This document shows, one piece after another, positions 15,076 through 29,230 of a stretch of DNA of 64,000 nt (position 1 is the stretch's first letter; each line of letters opens with the position of its first letter). The notes under the pieces are model-generated. The model saw only the letters and a program-made list of their open reading frames with translations, had not been told where the DNA came from and did no database searches. The translations under genes were made by a program, and so were the position numbers. Source of the stretch: the human T2T-CHM13v2.0 reference genome, Homo sapiens; NCBI RefSeq assembly GCF_009914755.1, contig NC_060934.1; one strand, written 5' to 3'.

Positions 15076-15162
15076 TCATGACTGGAAATGGGTCTGAATG
15101 TTGTCCCAATCAGATATTAAACCAAAATCTGCTGTCCAAGGTTTCTCAGAGGAATACATGTC
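15076..15162 (-). other. Candidate internal 5'-UTR/start exon (87 nt) containing a 27-aa ORF
   Basis: Acceptor TATTTCTTTCTCTTTGTTTCCTGACTAG|GAC and donor TGA|GTAAGT; not recognisably repeat-derived. Confidence 0.6.
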
Positions 15163-17173
15163 CTAGTCAGGAAACAAAGAGAAAGAAATAGTATTTTCTA
15201 GAGGTCAATATTTAAAATAAAGTTTTCTTAAAGAAAATCATTTTGTTTCAAAAATATTCTACTATTTCCAAAAAGAACTCTTGTGATCACCTATTAAATA
15301 TAAAAGATTATTAATCAACTTTTAGAATATCCTGTTGAATTCGTGTTTTCCTCTTTTGGAATAAGTTACTTCAAATTTAAGTGATATGTAGTAAGTAATC
15401 ACCACATAGAAACTTACTAACAGGTGTCCTTCGTCTTCAACACTAAAAACATTTCTTCCCCATTCCCAGCTAAGAAAATCACAGGTAGAAGGCACTCCAT
15501 CTAGGGTAAATACAGCCCACATCATCCCTGCTGAGTATATTTTGACTGCACATAAATGATTAATGTAAGACTTCAAATAAGGATCAGCAAAGTTATTGCT
15601 ATAGACTTTCTCTAGCAATGAATATTTTCTTCATTATAAAAGTAATATGGGTTCATTGTTTTAAAAACAAAAAGAATAACAATAAGGTAAACTTCTCTCA
15701 TAACATATTACCCTAACCCCTACATCTACCCAATCATTTGGGACATATTTCCTTTCAAGCCATTTTTTTTCTAAGTATTTTAAAAATATACTTGATACTA
15801 CACATAAAATTTTGTACTTGTTCCTTTCCACTTAAGAGCATAACATAAAACATCAACTTGTGTTAGTATTAATACAAACTTAACCCTTTGCTAAGATTTA
15901 CTTTATAAATCTTCCTTTCTTAATTACTGTATTTCTAAAATATTAATATAGGTATAAATATTAATGCTATATTTAAACATAACCATGGATGCACAAATGC
16001 CTACCTAAATCTATCATATAAAATTCCACAGATAAGATCAGACTCAACACAAAATGTACACCTGTACTACCTCACATGTAGTTTCCTTCATAAACAAATA
16101 AGCTACTTCTTCCAATCACAATAGGTGATGGTTATTTTCTAAATCAATTAAGAAAACAGTATACTACTACTAGAGACCTCTGCTTTAGAATCAAAGTTAG
16201 GGAAATACTTTTTGAAGAAATACTGCTTGCCACATCTATATACTGTACTTGCGTCATGTAATATACATGAGAAGTATTTCATTTGCAGAATGAAAACAGA
16301 CTGCATCAGCACTTACGTGCGCAGCATGGCCCGCACACTGTAATTAGCATGGCATAGAATCACAGTGCTGCCACGTAATACCCTGACCCCCAACCCACAT
16401 GCTTTCCTCTTTATCTGTCCACTTAAATGATTTCCATTTCCAGATAATGCAATTATCCCAAAGGAAGTGAGAAGTTGTATGGAAAATCTAAAACATATAA
16501 CCCACATGCTAGTTTTAGAATACATGATGAAAGTTTCTCACAAGAAATATACTTTCTTGATGGTGCTTAACTGACTATTTAGATTTGTTTTCCTGCCTAG
16601 GAAACTCTGAGGTAGGACATGTGGACCTGGAGCATGCTGACTGCTGACAAGGCAAGACAGTCCCGTGTTACAAATAAGGCAGGATTAAACGTTCACAGAT
16701 GACCCAAGAGTCCACTTAAATTTATACTTGTAGAGTCTAGTCGCTTTGACCAGGGACTTTTCTCTTTATGTTTATACAAAATTTTTTAATCTTAAATTTA
16801 AAACTCCTAAATGGTAACATTAAAGCACCTTGTGCGATGTAGCACACTGCTTCCTGCCTCTAACCAAAAGGAGCCAAAGAAATACTTATTCAAGGATTTC
16901 AGTTCTTAAGACATCAAGAGTTTTCTCAGCACCAAAAATAGTAACCTCAAAAACACCAGTATAATAAAACTTATAAACACTAGACTTATAATCTTACCAT
17001 CTGAGGTAATAAATGTACACAAATTTTATAGTTTGCAAAACTAAATAATGCATGTTTTGGAATGTCATGGATTAGTTCTTAGAAACATTTATAAATGACA
17101 TAACTGAAGTCACGCGTTCAGGATTCTTTATTTACACTAATCACAGCTTTAAAATATAGATCCTCCAACCTAC

Positions 17174-17403
17174 TTTTTTTTTTTTTTTTTTTTGAGACGT
17201 AGTCTCGCTCTGTCGCCCAGGTTGGAGTGCAGTAGCTGGGACTACAGGGACCTGCCACCACGCCCGGCTAATTTTTTGTATTTTTCACAGAGACAGCATT
17301 TCACGGTGTTAGCCAGGATGGTCTCGATCTCCTGACCTCGTGATCCACCCACCTCGGCCTCCCAAAATGCTAGGATTACAGGCGTGAGGCACCACGCCCA
17401 GCC
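17174..17403 (-). mobile_element. AluY with internal deletion in the right arm
   Basis: Junction ggagtgcAGTagctggga; TSD ctcc(a/g)acctacttt. Confidence 0.92.
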
Positions 17404-17639
17404 CCTCCGACCTACTTTCAAAGTAAGGAGTCTACCAATTGTTATATGGAACAAGGTAGTTGAGCAGCACACAGGAGAAAATGTTTAGACTCCCTTTCTC
17501 CTCCCCTAAATGCTACTTTTGCACTAAACATACAGAGGTGAAAGAAGAAAAACCTTACTTTCTGTTTTTCACACCATCCAACAGGGAAAAAGTAATGTCT
17601 TAAACCCATAATTTCACATCAAATTATATTGGGATATTT

Positions 17640-17985
17640 CTGCAAAAATTGGCCTTTCATCTCATTTTCCAGGTACTCTAAGTCTAAGGGCGTGGCCATA
17701 TGACTTGCTGGAATGGTTCTAACTGGAGGCTTGAGGAGCACTGAGGCAGCCTGCCTTCCCTTGTGCTCCTACATGCAGAACAAGAAATGTATGCCCCAGG
17801 TAGCAATGGCCCACAATGAATAAATAACCTAACATGTAACTGAAGCCAACCCACATCTTACAGCCAAACCCAGCCAAACTCAACAGAGAGCGCAGACCAG
17901 TGAGCTAGAAAGAAACGTCTGGTGTTGTGCACTGAAAGTTTGCAGTCGTTACACAGCATTATTACAGCCAAAGATGACTAATACA
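17640..17985 (+). mobile_element. MLT1-type MaLR LTR
   Basis: ggccatatgactt...gttacacagcattattacagc...tgactaataca terminus. Confidence 0.65.
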
Positions 17986-18132
17986 GACAGTAAAGATAGT
18001 AATTTTAAATTCAAATTTAAAAATTTTCTAGTTAAAAAGACTATTTTAAAAGTCTAGCCATATTTCATAAGAAATACACCTAAATCAGCAAAACACATAA
18101 AGGTGAGAAATAAGCATTAAAAATGTTTATCA

Positions 18133-18466
<334 letters not shown>

Positions 18467-18479
18467 CTATAGAAAGTCT

Positions 18480-19010
18480 TTCATGTGTGCTAAGATATAT
18501 ACTGAAAAATGTTCACAGCAATGCTATTCATAATAGCAAAGAAACTGAAATTTCCATCAACAAAAGGGTAAGTAATGATATCATGTTTATATAATCAAGT
18601 ACTATGAAGCAGTGAAATGAATGAACTATGGGTATGCACATCAACAAATATCACAAGTATTACTGATATATACTTATTATATATACTGTACACACATACA
18701 CACACACGTAAAGATACCACTTATATAACAGTCCAAAATATGTATAATTAACAATACGTTGTTAAGAGACATACACATATGTAACATACTATAAAGAAAA
18801 GCAAAGGAATGCCAGAGCCCACAGTGATGCCGATGGTTTCCTCAAGCCAGTGGTAGGATGGAGGTAGACAGAGGTGATCCAGGAGGGTACTGGGAATGTT
18901 CTTTCACTTAAACTGAGGAGAGGATGGGATGGACATCATTATGTCAGTCTTTATGTAACATATTACACATAGTCTTTGTATGAATATATTTTACAGTATT
19001 TTAATATGAA
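18480..19010 (+). mobile_element. L1ME-type 3' fragment
   Basis: aatgttcacagcaatgctattcataatagc...aatgaatgaactat motifs. Confidence 0.65.
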
Positions 19011-20074
19011 AAACCAAAACTTTTCCAATGAAATGCAGAAAGGAAATTATAAAAGTAACATTAATATATGTAACCACATATATAAAGGGGTTAAATGCAT
19101 TTACAATCTTTAAGCCATGCTTAAGAGGCCAAAAGAGTTGTAGTGGTTCATTTGTTCCTTAAAAGTAAAAGACAAACACAAGTGATAGCCATTCCAACAC
19201 AAATTGCAAGATAGCTTTTATGTGAAGACTGATGATTATACATTATCTACGTGGAGAAGGAGCTGGCTAACCAAGAGTTGTATCATTTGTGCTGTCTTAT
19301 CTCAGCTGTCTGACCACTAAAGCTTCTGATCTCACCTTCACAGCTGTATAATCCCAGCTCATTTTTTCACAGAAATTCCTAGATCCTGTTTTTCTAAGTT
19401 GCTATTTAGTGAACTGTCCTACCCCCTAAAAAAGAAAGAAAAAAAAAGAAGAAAATGTCCTTCATTGATGTATTATTTGTAATAGCAATATATATACATA
19501 CATATACATACATATACACACACACACACGTCCAAATAACAAGGGATTGACTAAATTGTTAATTCACATTTAATAGATTCTCATGTACTCATTTAAAATG
19601 TCTTAAAGAAATTCAATGACAATGAATGAATAAACAACGAGCAACATATTTAACGCAACTTTCTCATCAAGTCAGAAAGAAAAAAGCATCAGAAATGATG
19701 CCTCAACCAAGCTACATTTGTTTCCTCAAAGGCTATAACTCAATACTTAAATGATTAATGTTCTGTTTTTAAATTTAAAACAGGCAGATAATAACATAGA
19801 TAACAGGAAGGATTTACTATGTATAATATATAATATGTATTACAATAAATATATAATGTATAATGCATAATAAATCTTACTATTCATTCATTCAGTATTT
19901 ACCGAGTAGCTATTATGAGCCAGGCAGTGTACTAGGCACCGCAGACACTGCCAAGAACAAAGCCAAGTCTCTCGCATCATGGAATGTACAGCACAGTAAT
20001 TTCAGTACCCTCCTTCCTTCATTGAGATTCACGGTTCATTAGTTCAAATATATGTCAGGGCAGACTCCCAGGTG

Positions 20075-20283
20075 CTGGTTGAGTATGCCAAATCTAAACT
20101 TTCTGAAATCAGACACGTTTTGAGCACTGACGTGACACTCAAAGGAAACGCTCATTAGGGCACTTTGGATTTCATTTTTGGGATGCTCAACTGGTATAAT
20201 GCAAATATTCCAAAATCTGAAAAAATCTAAAACCTGAAACACTTCTGGTCCCAAGCATTTCAGGTAAGAGATACTCAACCTGT
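20075..20283 (-). mobile_element. Tigger4a (MER46A-like) DNA transposon
   Basis: TIRs ggttgagtat...gatactcaacctg; internal aacacttctggtcccaagcattt. Confidence 0.85.
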
Positions 20284-21439
20284 CATATCTTCTCATTAGA
20301 AATTATTTCAGTTAATATTAAAGTCATTATTCACTAACAGAGAAAGTCTCAACACTGTACTTTCACAGTTCTTATGCTTTCCCTAAAGAATGCTCTTGCT
20401 GCAACCCCGTGAAACATAACGTCACATTTCTACAGCTTTAAGTATTTTCTCAGCGCAAAAGTAAAGCAAATCTTCTGTCATTGCTAGAGAGAAAGGAGGT
20501 TTGTTTACGCTATTCACTAAATCAACAAAGTACTTCCTGCTAATAAGATCAAAGAATGAGATGGGCCTAAGAGCAAAATGAGCAATCATCTGGTTTCATC
20601 GGTTTCTTTACACTTGTATGTTAATGAGGCATGAGATAAGAATGAGGTCAAATTTCCCCTTCCACAGGTAGGTTTCCAGACAGACTTATCAAATCCGAGT
20701 AGGTTTATACTGGTCAACATGACAACTTCAGGTATTTAGGAAAACAAATGTCCATTCCAAGTCTTCCCTACTTCTATCAGTTACAGAGTCAGGGCCTTTT
20801 AAAAATGACCTATAATTAGTTTACATGGTATATGTGCCTAATCTACTTGATACATCATATCAGAACTGCACATAATGCCTGTGCTCCATAGATAAAAGTT
20901 AAAATGAAGGATACAATATATCTGGTGTTCAGGAGTCCGACATCATTTTAAAAGTCAGTTAAAAATTCCAGACTGCCAACTGTAACAATAAGCACTATAG
21001 CAGACACCATGAAAAATACAAAGAAAAGAGTAAATAATTCCAGGCCCTATCTTCAAAAATCTATATCTAATTGGATTCTAAATACAAGAATGTATTCATC
21101 TATTCATTTAATAGATATTAATTCAGCTCCACAACACGCAAAAACTGCTCAAGGGCCTTGGGATAAAACAATCAAGACAAGCTTGGTTCCAGCCATCTGC
21201 AGCTAACAGAACATATTCAGAATAAAAGTGCTAAGGGCAACCAGAGTGACAGTCAAGGCTATATAAAGGCCCTGTACTGAGTGAAAATCGGAAAACTTAT
21301 GGACCAAGAGGTGTAAATACACACAGGTGAAGAGAGGAAAATTCCTGTAGGATGTCAATAAAACTGGAATTCAGCAGTACAATGGTGGACTATAAGCCTT
21401 GCAGGGAAATCACTCAACATATAGGAAGTCCTCAATGCA

Positions 21440-21620
21440 AATGTGTTACAACTCTGCCATTAACCAGCTCTAGGAATTCAGACCAAGTCACTTCACTTCC
21501 CTGACCCTCAGTTTCTTTGTGTGTAAAATGAGAGTTAAAATTTTCAGCCTACCTACCACTGAGAGTTGCTGTGGAATTATGCATAAAAGAGTGTGCTGGT
21601 AAACTAAATATCTTATTTGG
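21440..21620 (+). mobile_element. MIR
   Basis: caagtcacttcacttccctgaccctcagtttc...gtaaaatg core. Confidence 0.75.
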
Positions 21621-22539
21621 TTCACACGTTAGTACTGATCCATTTTTGGTCTCATAAAAGAAGAAAACTGAAACATAATTTTTAAGTTCTCTTTCTAGCA
21701 CTGTATGATTTATTATCTTAAAACTAATTTTAATTCAATGGGTAACTCAGGTTCTAATTTCCTTAGCGGTATAAGGAAGATCAACCTAAATCATTACATT
21801 AAACCAGCTAAAACAAGCTGGTCTAAAATGTTGGTTATATGTATTTTTTAATGGGGCAGATCCAACTATCACTTAAAAGAAAGTCAAAGAGACTACTGAC
21901 AGTGAAGTAGTCAGAGGTAACCCTCAGTTTCAGGGGAGAATTTGGATGGCATTCTTTTGGTAAGCCTCAATGAGGGCAAATCATCAACCTTGGAGGAAAA
22001 TAATTTTTTGTGATAGAATAAATGTTTCCCAAGCAAGTCTGGTGAATGAGCTCAGAATTCAAACTGATAATAAAACACTGGATCAAAATGTGATATAAAC
22101 TGATAAGGGATACAACTCAGTATCTCCAAAGAACAATTTCTAAAAAAATTCCAGAAATTTATCTTCAGCAATTACAGCAACAGAATCTCAGCACTACTTT
22201 GAAAATGTATTCTAAAATTCTGCTTTAAAAATTAGTGTACTGCTTCACAATCAGACCCTTCTACCTAAGAGATAAATAATAACTAATAAAATAATTATAA
22301 TAATATGCTGTAATAAAAGGTAGTCTTCTCCATCTCTCAAAGTATCTTCTCATACTATATTGCAGGAACTGAAACCAAGGAAAGTGAAACTGCAGATAAG
22401 GAGGACTACTGTATGTTATGTGAGTGATTACACAGTCAACTACATTTATAAAAATTATTCAGAGTATACAGTTAAGATTAGTGTACATTATATGTGTATT
22501 CCTTATTTAATAAAAGGAGGAAGGATATCAAACAGCTAA

Positions 22540-24230
22540 CAAGACAGTGTGAAATTACCAGCCACCATCCGAAGAGAAGACAGAAATCTGAAATAGAAAG
22601 CAAGGAACCTTGAGGCTTCTTTAGGTAAACGTTTGCCTAATCAAAGAGGTGCCTAAGAGTCTAAACCACACTTTGGCAGTCTTCAAGGCTAGGAGGACAA
22701 AATGTCAGAGTACAGGATCCACCAAGGGAGCCATCTCTGCTTCAGAATAAGCAAAAAACTGAATCCCATGAGAAAGAAAAACTTAGAAGCAAACTAAACC
22801 AATTATTGCATAGACTCTCAACTTTTTATTAGAATAAAAGTGATCCCAAGTGTCTGGCAAAAGCAATGAAAAAAATCCTTACCTAACCTATAATGACTGC
22901 TAGAAACACTTTTTCAAACACAATGACCAGCACACAATCAAAGATAAGCAGGTATACAAGGAGATGAAACTCCTTGAGAAATAAAAGAGACCATAAAAAT
23001 GTTATAGCACTCTGGGACATAGTTACTATGCTTACTGCATCCACAGAAATATATGCAAAATCTAAAACTTTTGATAGGGAACTAGAAACTAGAAAAGTGG
23101 CAAAGCATATCTGAAAAATAACTAAACTGAAAGTCTAAATAAAAATGAAAAATCTAATAACCAAAATTTAAAACCCAGGGAATACAGATTAAAACCCAGG
23201 GAAGAGTAGATTAGAAATGAAGACTAACTTAGTCCTGGAAGGTAGCCTGAAGAAAATATTCAAAACAAAAAAGATACAAAAAGATGAAAACAACACCACA
23301 AGAGGCAAAATACACAGAGGATTCAGGGAGAAAATCTAACATTGTATAACTGAGCTCCCAGAAAGATTAAGCAAGAGAATAGGGAAAAGCAGTATCTGAA
23401 GAGAGAGTGGCTGAGAACTTGCCAAAATTGACGAAAGACATCAAGTCACGGTATCAAAATGCCCCATATATCTCAAACAAGAAATGGTGCAAGAGGGAGA
23501 GGAGGAGGAAAATAGAAACAGAAAGAGACAGAAAATCATCTCAAAGCCAAAGAAAAAATGAAAACCATAAAAACAGCCTGAGAAAGAAACAAATTAGCAA
23601 CAAAGAAGGAATAAACTGCAGCTGACTTCTGAATAGAAACAATCCAAAATATTAAAGAATCTCTCCAGAAGACTTATCTAGAATTCTACATCCAGCAAAA
23701 TATATCTTTCCAGAATGTAGATGAAATAAAGATACTCTTAAACAAACAAGTTAGAAAACTTGTCAATATTACATCCACTCTGAAGAAATACTAAATGGTA
23801 TCTTTAGGCAGAAAGATAATTATTCCACATGGAAGGTCAGGTAATGTAAGAAAGAATGAGGAAAATGAAATGCAGTTAAGTCTAATTAAATAATAACAGC
23901 ATAAAACAACAGAAATACATCTGTGGGGTTTAAAACATGCATGCATCTTAAAACAAGGCAATAATGAAATAAGAAAGGAAATTGAATGTAAATGTTTTTA
24001 AAGGTCTTGCATTATTTACTGCATTATCTAGAAAAAGGGTGAAAGTCTCAATATTATACTTTGATAAATCAAGAATATATATTAAAATGTAAGTGAACAC
24101 TAAAGGAATAGTACAAGAATATGTAATCCCAAGCTAAAAAATGAAAAAACAAAAATTATTTTTAAGAAATCAATTCAAAATAAAGCTAAAAAATTAAAAA
24201 TGAACATAGAAGAGGTGAAGACAGATTTTG
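22540..24230 (+). mobile_element. Ancient L1 5'UTR/ORF1 fossil
   Basis: Remnant peptide AENLPKLTKDI (ORF1p AENFPNL motif) and agaattctacatccagcaaaa...gaaataaagatact (RILYPAK..EIKTF motif); frameshifted. Confidence 0.75.
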
Positions 24231-24232
24231 AA

Positions 24233-24533
24233 ATTTTTTCTTTTTTTTTTTTTTGACACGGAGTTTTACTCTGTCGCCAGGCTGGAGTGCAGTGGTGTGA
24301 TCTCGGCTCAGTGCAACCTCCATCTCTCGGGTTCAAGTGATTGTTGTGCCTCAGCCTCCGAGTAGCTGGGACCACAAGCGTACGCCACCATGCCCCACTA
24401 ATTTTTGTATTTCTGGTAGAGATGGAGTTTCACCATGTTGGCCAGGCTGGCCTCAAACTCCTGGCCTCATGTGATCCACCCACCTGGCCCTCCAAAGTGC
24501 TGGGCTTATAGGAGTGAGCTATCACACCTGGCC
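24233..24533 (-). mobile_element. AluS
   Basis: Full Alu. Confidence 0.93.
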
Positions 24534-24755
24534 AAAATTAATTTTTAAGCACTACTGCAATCAAGAGTTATTATAGGCCAATTCATTATTTTTTAATATG
24601 GGCACCAGGAAAATACACAAAAAACACCTAGCTCATACATATATACCTAACTTTTATAAATTTTAGCCTGCACATCTATTCAATTTTTTTCCATTGTGAC
24701 TGACTTCAAAATCTTATTTCACCTTATCTTACCACAGATATGCCAATGGACATTA

Positions 24756-25160
<405 letters not shown>

Positions 25161-26454
25161 TTTGCCATCACTGATCTACATAACATTACTAACAGCAAAA
25201 CTAATACATTAAGAAGATTAAAAATAATATTCTTTCATTTAGTTCATTTAAAATGTTACTTTAAATTTTTAATTTCACTGGCTGACTCAATGAAAGGAAA
25301 ATTCCAGGATAAAATTTTAAGTTTTTCTACAGTCATATCAATGTCAGCAAGACACAGGTGCAATGTGTACCTCTATCCCTGAGTAACTAAATAATCTCTT
25401 TAGAGCTAAGAACACTTAAAAACAAGATATGAAACTCCAGAGTAACTCCTGATCTTTCTGTAGGCAAACGAAAACTACTTGCCACTTACTGAAGATTTGT
25501 ATTTTAGGGTGGATTGCTACTACAGTTTTTTGAGAGGTGGTCCAAGCTCTTCAAAGAGAAAATGGAACCAAAATGAAACCAAGACTATCCTGATATTACA
25601 AAGCATCTCTGTAAGTAAATCAAAGAATATTTTATTTAACATTTAATCCCAGTCTTACAGCTATCAAAACTAACAAGTAATCCAATGCAGAGTTATAAAA
25701 GTGGACATCAAAGCATGTCAAGAGTCACTCCCAGGTCTGGTATGGATACAGACGAGTAGAATGACTTCCCTTCTCTAATGGCTATGGAACAAAGCTGAGC
25801 TGCTTCATTCAGATGATCCAAGAACAGTGCCAAGGGCCTTCTCCACATAACCAACAGTGACTGCTCATGGGCTATGGACGGAACTCATACAGAAGCAGCT
25901 TATTTAACCTTCCCAATCTCTTCAGTGACTGTGAACAAGCTCTTCTCTCACCCTCAAAGTTTCCCACACACCCGCCTCTTTTTTTCAGCCAGCTATCTCT
26001 GCCTCATCTTCAGGTCTTACAAGTCGCTTCCACAGGGGACTTGCCCTGACTCCCTCAAAACCAAGTTAGGTTCCCTAGGTATGGGTTTTATAGCTCCCTG
26101 TACTTCACATCAAAGGACTCATCCCACGTGTTGAAAACAAAGTACCTAACACAAAGTCCTGGGGTACACAGAAGGCACTCAAAAAATAATGGTTGAATAA
26201 ACACGTTTGAATTTACGATCCTCCCCAATTTTACAAAGAAATGAGCTTTTAAAAATTGAGTCATTTGCATGAGGTGATACGACCTGAAACTGGCATAGAC
26301 CAGTTGAGAATCCAAGTCTCTGTCGCTCCAATTCCCATGCTTAAATCTCATGTACTACATGGACGTGTGCTACAAGTTGGATTTCTTTTCAATTATTATT
26401 CTTACAGTGACTTCCACTGTAAATACAGGAGTCATCTGTTCAAGGGAAAAATGA

Positions 26455-26806
<352 letters not shown>

Positions 26807-28882
26807 AGTCTATGCTTTTCAAAAATCACATTGAAGGAACAAACTATAACTTTCTGGTAATTAGAGGTCTGCATTGCACTAGTTACAAAGTAAGAATGGT
26901 TAAAAAAAATCGTTACAGTGAAATTGTGAACATAAACCAGAATTGTAATCACTTGTCTCGTTCTCGCTACCTCAAGTGGCAATTCCCAAAGCTATCCTAT
27001 TCTACTACATTAACATTCCTCACACTTTCTAATCAGAGTAATTTTGTTTGTTTTCAGTTTGCTACTAGCTTGAACTCATTGGCCTCTTTTTCACCCATCT
27101 TAGCTGGCTACAAAATGTAACAAGGACTTGACACACATGGGCACATGGTGGCAAAGATGGACCAAGGCAACCCTTGCTTGGCATTGGAGACTCAGGTTGG
27201 ATCTGCTGGGGTGAGTAGTTCTCTTGGTTCCCTATAACGCCAGAGGATGATCAATCACCTAACAGTGCCAAATCTGACACTTTCACTTACTGGCTTGTTT
27301 AACCAAAGTCAGTCCCCAGTAGGAGCTATTTGCATGTCAAAACATTATTAAAACTGGTAATGGACTAGTCTTACCAGAAACAAGTACAACAAAGAGTCTG
27401 GCTGCATAGCTAAAAACTAAGTAGGCACCAAAACTGAGGCTCAGGGCCCAAATTCTTAATATTTGGCAAAGGATGTTTCTTTGAGTGCCTTTGTAACAAC
27501 TCATTAATTCTCTATATATATATAATCAGCAAAGGAATTTCTGTTAACTAAGGATACCTGTACTTGCAATTAGGATTTCTTCCTTTAAAAGTTAACTTAT
27601 ACTTTTATTAGTATAATTTTTTTTCTATTTGGACATTTTAATTGTCTACGTAGAATACAACATGGCATCAACATCCATTTTAAGTAATGAACTACACTAT
27701 GTTTACAAATGTTGTTATAAAAGAATGGCAAACCAGGAAATATTTTTGTTAATTTTAGGGTCTGACTGAACCAGAAATAAAAGCAAATAAACCACTGTTC
27801 ACTTGCTGCTGGCTAATTTATTCTTATTCAGATGACTTCAGGAAAGAAAAAAGAACACTGACTTCCCCCTGAAGGAACTTGCCAGAGACTCAATATAGGA
27901 GGGAGTTGGCCAGGGTGATCTCTAAAGTTCTGTGTAACTTTTCTAAGCTATGAAATATTAAATATCTATCCCAAAGGTGTAATTATTTTTATAAAAGGAT
28001 TAATACAGGATTGAAACCATTTTCTTTCAACAAGCAACATACTTAAGACGGCGTCCTCACTTTTTTTTTTTTTTTCCATTCGTCTCGCACTATTTCCAAT
28101 CACTGGGTACGGCCCTAATTCAACAAGCCTTCCCAGTCCAAAGAAGGCATGCTGAAGTCTACGGTCTAAAAAGCATCTATCTGCGGATTAAATGTTGGGA
28201 AAGAAAGGGATAAGGGTTGGGGGTGGGGAGAGACAACATTTTCAAATTACAGAAACGTGCACCCATGGATTCCTACGCGTCCCGCATTTTCTAGCAGTAA
28301 AACACCTGCGAGGAACCGTTTTCACGCATTACAAATGCCGCACCAGCCTAGGGTTGTGAGCGCCAAACTATTTTGCAAACTTTGCAAAGGCGCACGGATT
28401 TCCAAGACTTGCAGATCTCTCATTCGCCCCATCCTCCCCTCGCCTGGTCCAAACAAAGTTCCGCGGCATCAAGGCAGTCATTTAAAGGCACGAAGTTTGC
28501 CCGGGTCCTGCCCACTGGGGCTCGGGAGACGCGACCGAAACTTGCGAGGGAGACGCGCCTGGCCGGGATCGCGGCTCACTCGGGGAGGCAGTCGCCGGGT
28601 TCCACCCCCGGGCCTCCCCGCACCCCGCGCGGCGCCCCCAGCCCGCCCATCGCCCCGCGGACCCCACGCTCCGGGCGCGGGGACACACAGGCAGCCCCCG
28701 CACTGTGCCCGAGCCGCCCCCCAGGGCCGAGCCGCGAACCGCAGCCGCGTCCCCTCCTCCAGGGGCCGGGAATGGCGGCGTCCGGCTCCCCGGGGCCAAC
28801 TCCGAGTCCCGGCCCGGGGAGGACGCCCGCGGAGCCCGCCGCCGCCGGCCCCTCACGGCGGGAGCTGAGGAATGGAAGTTAC

Positions 28883-29040
28883 CTCAGTACGGTCCCGACT
28901 GCTAGGCTGTGGGCAGCGGACAGAGCTGGCGGTCCCGGGCGGCCGAGCAGATCCGGCGCGGCGCGGCGCGGCGGCGGCGGCGGCTACCGCAGTGCCCTCC
29001 GCCCCATTGTTTCCCTTCCAAGAGGATCCCGGCGAAGCCG
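28883..29040 (-). other. Probable non-coding first exon (1b); 5' boundary approximate
   Basis: Donor GAG|GTAACT (intron starts 28882) followed by G-rich intron sequence on -. Exon holds (CCG)5(CGCCG)3 and a short uORF ATG GGG CGG AGG GCA CTG CGG TAG. Confidence 0.7.
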
Positions 29041-29163
29041 AGCCCGGGAACCAGGAAGTTCCCCGGCGCGACACCTCCTGCCGCCGCTATGGAAACGGCC
29101 CCCGCCTCCCAGGGCGGCTCGCCCGGGACCCCGCCTCCGCGCCTCCGGCCCCGCCCGCCTCAC

Positions 29164-29230
29164 CGGCCGCCGCCAACCGTCACCGCAGCGGCCGCAGCCG
29201 CCGCCATATTGGCGCGGCCCCGGGCGGCCC
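29164..29230 (-). other. Possible upstream alternative first exon (1a); 5' boundary approximate
   Basis: Donor CCG|GTGAGG (intron starts 29163) just downstream of the YY1-type motif AATATGGCGGC, which often lies just downstream of a TSS. Confidence 0.5.

Noticed and set aside
16992-17030. cctcag|ATG|gtaaga on -, a possible 3-nt ATG microexon
   Set aside because: Weak pyrimidine tract and no other support; expected by chance in 29 kb.
28883-29230. Assigning a gene symbol
   Set aside because: No coding exon in the window and I do not recognise the leader with confidence; BLAT of 28883-29040 would settle it.
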